From Oxalobacter sp. (GTDB lineage: Bacteria; Pseudomonadota; Gammaproteobacteria; Burkholderiales; Burkholderiaceae_D): a stretch of DNA of 64,000 nt. A program made the position numbers and the translations under genes. The number at the start of each line of letters is the position of its first letter. Within the stretch, counting starts at the first letter, position 1. The notes beneath the pieces are model-generated. The model did not search any database and was not told where the DNA came from. It saw only the letters and a list, made by a program, of their open reading frames with translations. Location of the stretch: contig QZKY01000016.1 in the NCBI GenBank assembly GCA_003605115.1, positions 109,776-173,775 on the forward strand. The letters are read 5' to 3'. Of this stretch, positions 30,902 to 39,734 are shown piece by piece.

Positions 30902-31726
30902 ATGAGTGAGTTCGGTACGTGGAATGCAGTTCCGGTGATCCGATGGCGTGATGGTCGCAGCGAATCTGTTTTGGACGATGTCGCCGCAGAAGTGCCGGTG
31001 GCGCTGGAATACAATGGCATTTCGCACGCGGTGATGCTGGCCACACCTGCCGACCTGGAAGACTTTGCACTCGGGTTTTCGCTGACCGAAGGCATTTTGC
31101 AATCTCCGTCAGAATTGTACGGATGCGAGTTGGTTGGTGACAGCAACGGGATTCGCGTCATCATGGACATTTCCAGCGAACGCATGTTCGCCCTTAAGGA
31201 GCGTCGTCGCACATTGGCGGGACGCACGGGTTGTGGCTTGTGCGGTACCGAAACCCTCCCGCAGGCAATACGCATTCCTCCTCCGGTCAACAGTCGCGCG
31301 TCTTTCAGCGCGGATGTGCTGCATGCCGGGTTCACGCAAATGGAAAGCCTGCAAAGCTTGCAGAAAGTGACGGGCGCAACGCACGCGGCCGCATGGCTTG
31401 CAGCGGATGGCAAAGTGACGCTTTTGCGAGAAGACATCGGTCGTCACAATGCGCTGGACAAGCTGATCGGCGCACTGCATCGCACGAAAACGGACATTGC
31501 AACCGGTGCGGCGATCGTCACCAGTCGCGCGAGTTATGAAATGGTGCAAAAGGCTGCAAGTGCAGGCATCGGGATTCTGGCAGCAGTATCCGCGCCGACG
31601 GCATTGGCCATTCGGCTTGCTGAACAAACCGGGGTAAGCTTGGCGGGTTTTGTGCGCGCGCACAGCCACGTGGTGTATGCTAATCCAGAAAAATTATTTG
31701 AGCAAAAGAGCTCTGAAAAAACTTGA
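30902..31726 (+). CDS. fdhD: Formate dehydrogenase sulfurtransferase FdhD
   Basis: CGLCG, TGATHAA, EDIGRHNALDK and SRASYEMVQK. Confidence 0.95.
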   Translation: MSEFGTWNAVPVIRWRDGRSESVLDDVAAEVPVALEYNGISHAVMLATPADLEDFALGFSLTEGILQSPSELYGCELVGDSNGIRVIMDISSERMFALKERRRTLAGRTGCGLCGTETLPQAIRIPPPVNSRASFSADVLHAGFTQMESLQSLQKVTGATHAAAWLAADGKVTLLREDIGRHNALDKLIGALHRTKTDIATGAAIVTSRASYEMVQKAASAGIGILAAVSAPTALAIRLAEQTGVSLAGFVRAHSHVVYANPEKLFEQKSSEKT

Positions 31727-31753
31727 GCAAGAGATATATTCAAGGAGAGAGAA

Positions 31754-32443
31754 ATGGCAAACAATGTTTCAAAAATCGTTGATGACGTGATTCAAAGCCG
31801 GAGATCGATTCGCGCATTTCGCCCCGATCCGGTTTCGCAGGATGCGATCCAGCAGATTCTCGAAGTAGCTTCTCGCGCCGTATCGGCCGGCAACATGCAG
31901 CCCTGGCGCGTGTATGTGTTGACAGGCGCAAGTCTCAAACGCGTGGTGGATGCGGTGTGTCAGGCGTTTGACACCGAGCCGGAAAAACACACAAGCGAAT
32001 ACGAATATTTGCCGAAGAAAAATTTTGAACCATATTTGTCGCGTCGCAGGAAAATCGGCCTGGCCATGTATTCACTGCTCGGCATTGAAAGAGGTGATGC
32101 GGAACGCATGCGCTTGCAACACCGTCGCAATTTTGAATTTTTCGGCGCGTCTGTGGGGCTGATATTCACCATGGATCGCAAATTGCCAGCGGCATGTTTT
32201 ATGGATCAAGGCGCTTTCTGGCAAAACATCATGATTGCCGCCAAAGCACGCGGTCTGGATACGTGCATGCAAACGATATGGAGTGATTATTGTCGCATCG
32301 TCACGCGGGAGTTGAATCTGGGTGAAGACGAAATGATGCTCGGGGGGATGGCAATGGGTTACGCAGATCAGGACGCGCCAATCAATACATTGCTTCCTGA
32401 GCGGGTACCTGTGTCGGAGTTTGCGACCTTTGTACAGAAATAA
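31754..32443 (+). CDS. Nitroreductase family protein
   Basis: RRSIRAF, SAGNMQPW and ARGLDTC motifs. Confidence 0.88.
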   Translation: MANNVSKIVDDVIQSRRSIRAFRPDPVSQDAIQQILEVASRAVSAGNMQPWRVYVLTGASLKRVVDAVCQAFDTEPEKHTSEYEYLPKKNFEPYLSRRRKIGLAMYSLLGIERGDAERMRLQHRRNFEFFGASVGLIFTMDRKLPAACFMDQGAFWQNIMIAAKARGLDTCMQTIWSDYCRIVTRELNLGEDEMMLGGMAMGYADQDAPINTLLPERVPVSEFATFVQK

Positions 32444-32472
32444 AACGTGCGCACTGCAAGCAGGTGTGCAGA

Positions 32473-32505
32473 AGCCCCGGCTGAATAAACGGCTGGGGTT
32501 TTTTG
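32473..32505 (+). terminator. Possible intrinsic terminator
   Basis: AGCCCCGGCTG..CGGCTGGGGTT followed by a T-tract. Confidence 0.6.
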
Positions 32506-32645
32506 TTGTGACGCATGACATGCCGCCCGCCAGTGCGTTCGCCTGAAGCAAATGCGTAACAGTATTAAAATGTCGCCTTTGCGAGCGCACTGGAAGGCGC
32601 ACAAGGACAAAAACGCCCGCTTAATAATATTGCAAGATTGCACAC

Positions 32646-33710
32646 GTGACGGTCATCCCCATTCATCCTGCGAAACAAGCGCTTCCTCAAGCCGATTCTT
32701 TCGGCGGGATGCCGTGCGACCAGTTGGGACGATCCATTCGTGATTTACGCATCTCGGTAACAGATCGCTGCAATTTTCGTTGCACGTATTGCATGCCGAA
32801 GTCTGTGTTCAATCGCGGCTTTCGTTTTTTACCGCATGATGCCTTACTGACTTTTGAAGAGATCGAACGTTTGGCGCGTTTGTTGGTGGGGCAAGGCGTA
32901 CAAAAAATTCGGCTCACTGGTGGCGAGCCGCTCCTGCGACGGAACATCGAAAAATTGGTCGAGAAGCTCGCTGCTTTGCCGGGCGTTGAAGTGACAATGA
33001 CAACGAATGGATCGCGTCTGGCGCACATGGCGAAGACGCTCAAGGCAGCGGGTTTGCAGCGTGTAACCGTAAGCCTTGATGCGCTTGACGAAGATCTTTT
33101 TCAGGCAATGTCTGGTAGCGATTTTTCAGTCAAGGATGTGCTGGCCGGGATTGATGCCGCGGCAGAGGCGGGTTTGGGACCCGTCAATGTCAACATGGTG
33201 GTCAAGCGCGGCACCAATGATCATGCCATTTTGCCGATGGTGGAGCATTTCAGAAACAGTGGACACGTTTTGCGCTTCATTGAATTCATGGACGTCGGCA
33301 CGGCCAATGGATGGAAGCTCGATGAAGTGTTGCCATCGCGCGATGTCATCAACATGATCAATGCAGAAAATCCGGTGGAGCCGGTGAACCCAAAACATTT
33401 CAGCGAGGTTGCCAAACGCTGGCAGTATAAAGATGGCGCGGGTGAAATCGGCGTGATTTCTTCAGTGACGCAGGCGTTTTGTTCCCGATGCACGCGTCTG
33501 CGACTCTCACCGGAAGGCGGTCTCTACACCTGTCTGTTTGCGCAGGAAGGCTATTCACTGCGTGACTTGTTGCGCAACGGCGTCAGCGATACGGAACTCA
33601 GCAATGTCATTGCCGGAATCTGGCAACAACGCACAGATCGCTATTCGGAAATCCGTACTGACGACACAGCGGGGTTGAAAAAAGTCGAGATGTACTACAT
33701 TGGCGGGTGA
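32646..33710 (+). CDS. moaA: GTP 3',8-cyclase MoaA
   Basis: LRISVTDRCNFRCTYC, LTGGEP, FCSRCTRLR..C and C-terminal IGG. Confidence 0.95.
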   Translation: MTVIPIHPAKQALPQADSFGGMPCDQLGRSIRDLRISVTDRCNFRCTYCMPKSVFNRGFRFLPHDALLTFEEIERLARLLVGQGVQKIRLTGGEPLLRRNIEKLVEKLAALPGVEVTMTTNGSRLAHMAKTLKAAGLQRVTVSLDALDEDLFQAMSGSDFSVKDVLAGIDAAAEAGLGPVNVNMVVKRGTNDHAILPMVEHFRNSGHVLRFIEFMDVGTANGWKLDEVLPSRDVINMINAENPVEPVNPKHFSEVAKRWQYKDGAGEIGVISSVTQAFCSRCTRLRLSPEGGLYTCLFAQEGYSLRDLLRNGVSDTELSNVIAGIWQQRTDRYSEIRTDDTAGLKKVEMYYIGG

Positions 33711-33728
33711 GGAATTCCCAAGAGAATT

Positions 33729-33804
33729 TGGCGCGCTCGGCGGGGATCGAACCCACAACCCCTGCCTTCGGAGGGCAGTACTCTATCCATTGAGCTACGA
33801 GCGC
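33729..33804 (-). tRNA. tRNA-Arg (anticodon CCG)
   Basis: Reverse strand folds into a 76-nt cloverleaf GCGCTCG..CTGCC-CTCCGAA-GGCAG..TTCGATC..CGAGCGC-G-CCA. Confidence 0.97.
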
Positions 33805-33962
33805 ATCGGTGAATCGCCGGGAATCCGGAGAAGCTGCGTATTTTACCTGATGTGCGGAACCCCGTGTAAGCGCAAGGGAACGCCAAACGAATCGTTTCGA
33901 GCAGTCAGCGGACACCGCGCAACGCAGCCATCTGAGCGTGCAGCAGGTTTGTCAGCGTTCCC

Positions 33963-35297
33963 TTAGGTCATGTCTTTCCGGGTAAGCGGCGGATTCCTGG
34001 CAAAGTATTTTCTGATACCTTTCAAAATGGCATCGGCCACCTGTTCCTGATAATCACCGCTGAGAAGTTTGGCTTCCTCTTCCGGATTCGAAATGAACGC
34101 CGTCTCGATCAAAATGCTGGGAATGTCTGGCGCTTTGAGAACTGCAAAGCCAGCCTGTTCAACGCGACCGCGATGCAAGGCGTTGATATCGCCGATTTCA
34201 CCCAGGACTTCTTTCCCGAGTTTCATGCTGTCCTTGATTTGAACGTCGGTGGAGAGATTGAGCAGTACCTTTCTGACATTGGCATCCAGTCCTTTCAGAT
34301 TGGTGCCCCCGATCAAATCCGCATCGTTTTCACGTTTCGCAAGTGCTGCGGCTGCTGCGGAGGAAGCGCCTTTTTCGGAGAGTGCGAACACGGAAGCGCC
34401 ACGCGCCTTTTTTTCAAAGAAGGCGTCAGCATGAATGGAAATGAAAAGATCCGCTTTGGCGGCTTCAGCTTTTTTGACGCGCTCGCCCAGTGGTACAAAG
34501 TAATCGCCCGTTCGCGTCATGAGGACACGCATCTTAAGATTAGGATCTTGCTCGATTTTGGCTTTCAAACGGCGCGCAATGGAAAGCACGATATCTTTCT
34601 CGCGACTGCCGCGTCGGCCAATCGCGCCCGGATCTTCTCCACCATGACCGGGATCCAGCACGATGGTGATCATGGAGTTCGTATGAAGCTTGCTGACGGT
34701 TTGCCCCCCAGACTTTGGTGCCATGCGAATGACTTGCGGGTTGTTCTGCGTTTGCGCGACGGGATTACCTGTTTGTGGCGAAGCAAGGGCATCTTTTTTT
34801 GGCGCCCCTTTTTCCAGTAGGGCTGCAATTGGGTCGTGCGGGATGACGGGATGGAGATCCAGGAGCAGACGGTGGCGGTATTCACCAACAGGAAGGAGAC
34901 TGAAAATTTGCGGCTTGATGGGAGCCTTCAGTTCAAATACCAGGCGAACCACGCGCGGTCGGTTTTGTCCAACGCGCACCTGTTTGATGTGAGGGTCATC
35001 CGATTGGATATGCGAGGGGAATTGCCTGAGCGCGTCGTTGATTTCCAGACCTTCAACATCAACGACGAGACGTTCCGGGTTTTTCAACAAAAAGTGATTG
35101 GCTTTCAGCGGGGTCTTGTTTTCCAACGCCACGCGCGTGTACTCCGGTGCGGGCCAGATACGTACATTGACGGATTTCGTGGCGTGCGCCAGCGCAGGCA
35201 GGAAAGCGGCGACAAAAAAGAGGGCGCACGCCTTCAGAATGGATTGGCGAAAAACGGTTTTCACAGATTCGGTGCGAAATCGAGGCGTTTCAGGCAT
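33963..35297 (-). CDS. amiC: N-acetylmuramoyl-L-alanine amidase (AMIN plus Amidase_3)
   Basis: VRIWPAPEYTRV, LDPGHGGEDPGA, SIHAD and ETAFISN. Confidence 0.92.
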   Translation of the reverse strand: MPETPRFRTESVKTVFRQSILKACALFFVAAFLPALAHATKSVNVRIWPAPEYTRVALENKTPLKANHFLLKNPERLVVDVEGLEINDALRQFPSHIQSDDPHIKQVRVGQNRPRVVRLVFELKAPIKPQIFSLLPVGEYRHRLLLDLHPVIPHDPIAALLEKGAPKKDALASPQTGNPVAQTQNNPQVIRMAPKSGGQTVSKLHTNSMITIVLDPGHGGEDPGAIGRRGSREKDIVLSIARRLKAKIEQDPNLKMRVLMTRTGDYFVPLGERVKKAEAAKADLFISIHADAFFEKKARGASVFALSEKGASSAAAAALAKRENDADLIGGTNLKGLDANVRKVLLNLSTDVQIKDSMKLGKEVLGEIGDINALHRGRVEQAGFAVLKAPDIPSILIETAFISNPEEEAKLLSGDYQEQVADAILKGIRKYFARNPPLTRKDMT

Positions 35298-35749
35298 TGC
35301 GTTCCCTTGTCTGTCAATGCGCTTAATTCTATCTGACGTCCCGTGCCAGAGGCCGTCAAAACAAGCGTGATGTCGGGTTGCGGCAACAGGGTGCCGCCAT
35401 TCTCCGGCCATTCGACGATACAAATGTTCGCGCCATTGAAGTGATCGCGGAATCCGGCATCCACGAACTCTTCGGCGCTTTTCATCCGGTAGAGGTCGAA
35501 ATGGAAGAGTTCGACAGGTTGGCCGTTCAGCGTGAGAGCGTAAGGTTCACACAGGGTGTAAGTCGGGCTTTTGACGTGCCCCTGATGTCCGGCGGCATGC
35601 AGCAGTGCGCGCGCCAAGGTGGTTTTCCCCGCCCCGAGTTCACCGCGCAGATAGATGGCCAGTCCCGGCACGAGCACGCGGGCGAGCGAGACACCCAGTG
35701 CCAGGGTGCCGGCTTCTTCGTGCAGCGAGAATTTCAGGTGGTGCGTCAT
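35261..35749 (-). CDS. tsaE: tRNA threonylcarbamoyladenosine biosynthesis ATPase
   Basis: GELGAGKTT, VKSPTY, HFDLYR and VEWP. Confidence 0.96.
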   Translation of the reverse strand: MTHHLKFSLHEEAGTLALGVSLARVLVPGLAIYLRGELGAGKTTLARALLHAAGHQGHVKSPTYTLCEPYALTLNGQPVELFHFDLYRMKSAEEFVDAGFRDHFNGANICIVEWPENGGTLLPQPDITLVLTASGTGRQIELSALTDKGTQCLKRLDFAPNL

Positions 35750-35800
35750 CGGATAGAATGAAGTTTGTTCACCTTCGAATTATGCGCCAAATTCTCTGAC

Positions 35801-36886
35801 ATGGCATTAGCCGACTTAACCGAACTGACACGTAGCATCAAAGCCTGGGGACGCGATCTGGGCTTCGCGGACATCCGCATCGCCGATGTCCACTTGCCCG
35901 ATGCCGAAGCCGGTCTGCAAGCCTGGCTGGCGGCGGGGCGACATGGCGAGATGGCGTACATGGCCAATCACGGCATGATGCGGGCGCGCCCCACCGAATT
36001 GGTGCCGGGAGCGCAGTGCGTGATTGTGGCAAGAATGGATTATTTGCCGCTGGGGGCGGAAAAAAATTGGCGCGAACAGGAGCAGGCACGCTTGCGCGAC
36101 CCGATGGCAGCAACGGTATCAGTGTATGCGCGGGGTCGCGACTATCACCGGGTGCTCCGCTCCCGTTTGCAGCAATTGGCAGACCGCATCACGGAAGCCG
36201 TTGGTAAGTTTACTTATCGCGTATTTACGGATTCGGCGCCTGTCATGGAAGTGGCGCTTGCGGCGAAATCGGGGCTGGGCTGGCGCGGCAAACATACGCT
36301 CTTGCTTCAACGCGATGCCGGATCGATGTTCTTCCTAGGTGAGATTCTCGTGGATTTGCCCTTGCCGCCGGATGCAACGGAAGGCGAACATTGCGGGCGT
36401 TGCCGCGCCTGCATCAGCATTTGTCCGACGCAAGCTATTACCGCGCCGTACCAACTGGATGCGCGTCGCTGCATTTCTTACCTGACCATCGAGCATCCGG
36501 GCAGTATTCCCGAAGCCTTGCGCCCTTTGATGGGGAACCACATCTACGGTTGCGATGATTGCCAGTTGATTTGTCCGTGGAACCGTTTTGCCAAAACGGC
36601 CGTCGTGCCAGATTTTGATGTGCGCAATGGACTGGATCGCGGCAGCCTGGTCGATTTATTTTCATGGGATCAGGCAGCGTTTGAGCAAGGCCTTGAGGGG
36701 AGTCCGATCCGGCGCATTGGCCACGAACGGTGGTTGCGAAATATTGCGGTGGCGCTCGGAAATGCCTTGCGTGAGCTGAAGCGAAAAGGGGGCGACGTTT
36801 CTCAAATTGTGACAGCCTTGCAAGCGCGAGCCGATCACCCTTCAGCCTTGGTGCGCGAACATGTACAGTGGGCGCTGGTGCAGTAA
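35801..36886 (+). CDS. queG: Epoxyqueuosine reductase
   Basis: YARGRDYH, DSAPVME, CGRCRACISICPT, RCISYLTIE and GCDDCQLICPWN. Confidence 0.96.
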   Translation: MALADLTELTRSIKAWGRDLGFADIRIADVHLPDAEAGLQAWLAAGRHGEMAYMANHGMMRARPTELVPGAQCVIVARMDYLPLGAEKNWREQEQARLRDPMAATVSVYARGRDYHRVLRSRLQQLADRITEAVGKFTYRVFTDSAPVMEVALAAKSGLGWRGKHTLLLQRDAGSMFFLGEILVDLPLPPDATEGEHCGRCRACISICPTQAITAPYQLDARRCISYLTIEHPGSIPEALRPLMGNHIYGCDDCQLICPWNRFAKTAVVPDFDVRNGLDRGSLVDLFSWDQAAFEQGLEGSPIRRIGHERWLRNIAVALGNALRELKRKGGDVSQIVTALQARADHPSALVREHVQWALVQ

Positions 36887-36932
36887 TGGAATAGAATCAA
36901 TCTAGCGACACAATCGTTTTTGGAGTGAGTGA

Positions 36933-37439
36933 ATGCCCTTGTCGAAGTTTCATGATGCGCATTTTGATGCCATTGTTCTAGCGCCATTTGGCGCGGTGGG
37001 CATTCGCACGGAAGGCAAGGCCATTGCTGGCGTGGCGTTTTTGCCGCCACCCACCAAAGCCAGATCTCCAACCAATCTACTGGCGGCCGAGGCGGCGAAG
37101 CAAGTGACGCAATATCTGGCGGATTCCCATTTTCGTTTTGCGCTCCCGCTTACTGAGGCGGGAACGCCGTTTCAACGCAAGGTGTGGCAGCAGATTGCCG
37201 CTATCGAATCTGGCAAGACAAACACTTACGGCGGCATCGCCAAACGCATTCGTACCGCGCCGCGCGCTGTTGGGCAAGCTTGTGGCGCGAATCCTTATCC
37301 ACTGGTGACGCCCTGTCATCGCGTGGTGTCGGCATCCGGTGGTCTCGGCGGATTTTCAGGAAGCGTGGCAGATAAAAATTTTCTCTTGCAAGTCAAGCGC
37401 TGGTTGCTGGCGCATGAAGGCATAGAGGACTTTGCATGA
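36933..37439 (+). CDS. ogt: Methylated-DNA--protein-cysteine methyltransferase
   Basis: GTPFQRKVW, RAVGQAC and the PCHRV active site. Confidence 0.9.
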   Translation: MPLSKFHDAHFDAIVLAPFGAVGIRTEGKAIAGVAFLPPPTKARSPTNLLAAEAAKQVTQYLADSHFRFALPLTEAGTPFQRKVWQQIAAIESGKTNTYGGIAKRIRTAPRAVGQACGANPYPLVTPCHRVVSASGGLGGFSGSVADKNFLLQVKRWLLAHEGIEDFA

Positions 37440-38344
37440 CCACAGACAATCAATCCTTGATCGATCATTTTTGCGAAGCCTTGTGGCTGGAAGATGGTCT
37501 CGCGCAAAACACTCTGGAAGCCTATCGTCGCGATTTGCGCTTGTTTGCAACTTGGCTGGATGCAGAACAAAAAAGCGAACCCACCAAAACCTTGCTGGAG
37601 GTGACCGCAAGCGATTTGAATGCCTACTTCGCGGCAAAGCATCCGACTTCCAAGGCCAGTTCTTCCAACCGACGGCTCGCCGTACTCAAGCGTTTTTACC
37701 AGCATGCCTTGCGACAGAATAGAATCACGGTCGATCCATGCTTGCAAATGAAATCGGCCAAGCAGTCACAGCGTTTCCCGAAAACGCTTTCTGAATCGCA
37801 GGTGGAAGCCTTGTTGGCGGCACCCGACATCAACACGCCCTTGGGGCTGCGCGACCGCACGATGCTGGAATTGATGTACGCGAGCGGATTGCGCGTTTCA
37901 GAATTGGTGCTGATCAAGCCGGTGGAAATCGGTATGAAAGAAGGGGTCTTGCGCATTACCGGCAAAGGCAACAAGACGCGTTTGGTGCCATTCGGCGAAG
38001 TCGCACACAGCTGGATGGAGCGTTATCTGAAAGAAGCGCGCGGTGCGATTCTTGATGGCAAGCAAACGGACGCGCTATTTGTGACAGCGCGTGGAGGGCC
38101 AATGACGCGACAAATGTTTTGGACGCTGGTAAAAAAACATGCGCGCGTGGCGGGCATACACGCACCCCTGTCACCACATACGTTGCGCCACGCATTTGCA
38201 ACGCACTTGCTCAATCATGGCGCGGATTTGCGCGTGGTGCAATTGTTGCTTGGTCACGCGGATATTTCGACTACGCAAATTTACACACACGTTGCGCGCG
38301 AGCGGCTCAAGAAGCTGCACGCCGAGCATCATCCGCGCGGATAG
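37436..38344 (+). CDS. xerD: Site-specific tyrosine recombinase XerD
   Basis: GLRVSEL, MTRQMFW, HTLRHAFATH and LLGHADISTTQIY. Confidence 0.96.
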   Translation: MTTDNQSLIDHFCEALWLEDGLAQNTLEAYRRDLRLFATWLDAEQKSEPTKTLLEVTASDLNAYFAAKHPTSKASSSNRRLAVLKRFYQHALRQNRITVDPCLQMKSAKQSQRFPKTLSESQVEALLAAPDINTPLGLRDRTMLELMYASGLRVSELVLIKPVEIGMKEGVLRITGKGNKTRLVPFGEVAHSWMERYLKEARGAILDGKQTDALFVTARGGPMTRQMFWTLVKKHARVAGIHAPLSPHTLRHAFATHLLNHGADLRVVQLLLGHADISTTQIYTHVARERLKKLHAEHHPRG

Positions 38345-38355
38345 GAATATTGTAA

Positions 38356-38377
38356 AAATAGGGTCAGAGTCAAATTA
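38356..38377 (+). repeat. Half-copy (left arm) of the hairpin repeat
   Basis: AAATAGGGTCAGAGTCAAATTA, the exact reverse complement of 39324-39345. Confidence 0.85.
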
Positions 38378-38432
38378 AAAAATGGGAGCAGTGTTTTTTA
38401 CGCGAAGCGCAAATTACGCTGTCCCACTTTTT
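38378..38432. repeat. Dispersed hairpin repeat, variant copy
   Basis: Reverse complement resembles 16307-16364 (TAATTT.CGCT.CGCGTAAAAAA core). Confidence 0.7.
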
Positions 38433-38474
38433 AAAAGCGCGCGACGTTTTTAAAGCTACGCCGCACCATTTTCA

Positions 38475-38651
38475 TCATTCTGCTTTGGCGATCAATGTCC
38501 AATCTTTGAGCGACAACAGGAAGCTGCCTGGTTTTTTATGTGATGTTGAAGCTGGCGCCGCCTGCGCATTTTTTGTTAGATAAGCGGTACCGCTGATGGC
38601 GGCAAACAGGGTGACAAAAGCGATTGTAGACACGAATTTTGAAGTCAACAT
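38475..38651 (-). CDS. Small (58 aa) exported or membrane-anchored hypothetical protein
   Basis: GGAG RBS, hydrophobic N-terminus ending AQA, and a sigma-54 promoter upstream. Confidence 0.6.
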   Translation of the reverse strand: MLTSKFVSTIAFVTLFAAISGTAYLTKNAQAAPASTSHKKPGSFLLSLKDWTLIAKAE

Positions 38652-38701
38652 GATAAATCTCCATAAGCGTGAACATTCAATTTGAATGCACTTAACGACC
38701 A

Positions 38702-38716
38702 GCAACAACCGTGCCA
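38702..38716 (-). promoter_or_regulatory. Sigma-54 (-24/-12) promoter
   Basis: Reverse strand reads TGGCAC-GGTTG-TTGC, a perfect consensus match. Confidence 0.75.
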
Positions 38717-38882
38717 AATGTCGTGTCTACAGCGGGGTGTGTGAAATGTGCCTGTATTGCCTGATGTGTGAAGGTGATGTGCGCGAGTGATGTGAGTTTA
38801 TCGAATAAAAAAGACCTGGAAGCGTGCAGCTTGCAGGTCACGGTGGTGCAAAGCATCCCTGTTTCGGGGCTTTGTCAAAAGA

Positions 38883-39299
38883 TCAAAAATTGATCACGCG
38901 GGGGCTCTCTTGCTTGTCAATCATGCGCTTATTGCGATCAAGCATGCGATCCAGGCGCTTGCGTTCATGCAGCGAGATATATTCATCATCCTGTTCTGCG
39001 CGGAGAAATTCCGTTTTGATTTTAGCGATGTTGTGCTTGAGTATTCGTCCTTCTTTCGTGGTCAGTGAACCATTGCGCAATTTTTCGTAAATGGTGCGCT
39101 CTTGTTCTTCGAGACGATGCTGGATGACGTAGGGTTTGGGCGGTTGCGCGCGACGCTGTTCATCACGATAATCTCCGCGACGATCACGATGATGCGTATC
39201 GCGATAGTTCCGCCTGTCTTCGTCAGTGTCGGCCTTGGCTGAGACGAGTGATAAAACCATCGCGCATCCCAATGTCGCCATCATCCATTTCTTTTTCAT
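38883..39299 (-). CDS. Exported hypothetical protein, paralog of 39344-39649
   Basis: MKKK signal peptide with AKA cleavage site, AGGAG RBS and a charged helical body. Confidence 0.8.
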   Translation of the reverse strand: MKKKWMMATLGCAMVLSLVSAKADTDEDRRNYRDTHHRDRRGDYRDEQRRAQPPKPYVIQHRLEEQERTIYEKLRNGSLTTKEGRILKHNIAKIKTEFLRAEQDDEYISLHERKRLDRMLDRNKRMIDKQESPRVINF

Positions 39300-39323
39300 T
39301 TCGCACTCCTTGCGGCATTAAAA

Positions 39324-39345
39324 TAATTTGACTCTGACCCTATTT
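39324..39345 (-). repeat. Half-copy (right arm) of the hairpin repeat
   Basis: TAATTTGACTCTGACCCTATTT. Confidence 0.85.
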
Positions 39346-39649
39346 ATTTTCGCTGTTTGCGGGAACGCTGATGCGCGATGGCGTTTTCGTACAGCATGCG
39401 GTTGAGTTTTTCAGTTTCGTAGTGGTTGATTTGACCATCGCTTTTGGCGCGTTTGAGTTCGGATTTGATGCGATCCAGATGCTGAAGCAAGACTTGTGCA
39501 TCGGATGGCTTCAGGAAACCGCTCTTGAGATCACTGACGATTTGATCTTGTTGCAATTGAATGCTGCTGGCGATTTCAGCGCGCGCCGCACTCGTTGTGA
39601 ACATGACCATCATGACCAGCGCTAACAGAAAGGATGCAAATTTTTTCAC
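39344..39649 (-). CDS. Exported hypothetical protein, paralog of 38883-39299
   Basis: GTG start after AGGAG, signal peptide ending ARA; aligns with the neighbouring protein. Confidence 0.75.
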   Translation of the reverse strand: MKKFASFLLALVMMVMFTTSAARAEIASSIQLQQDQIVSDLKSGFLKPSDAQVLLQHLDRIKSELKRAKSDGQINHYETEKLNRMLYENAIAHQRSRKQRK

Positions 39650-39734
39650 GCCCACTCCTCGGAGATTTTCACAGGCTATGAGTATGGCAAATGTGGCAGG
39701 AATTAAAGGCTCGAAAAGATTGGTAAAAGGGCGC

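Noticed and set aside
32506..32645. Moco/Wco riboswitch upstream of moaA
   Set aside because: I could not identify the conserved stems by eye; an Rfam scan would be decisive.
37436..38344. XerD as the integrase of an island or integron
   Set aside because: Canonical chromosomal XerD in the usual queG-ogt-xerD context, with no IntI-specific insertion; nearby hairpins lack attC RYYYAAC/GTTRRRY ends.
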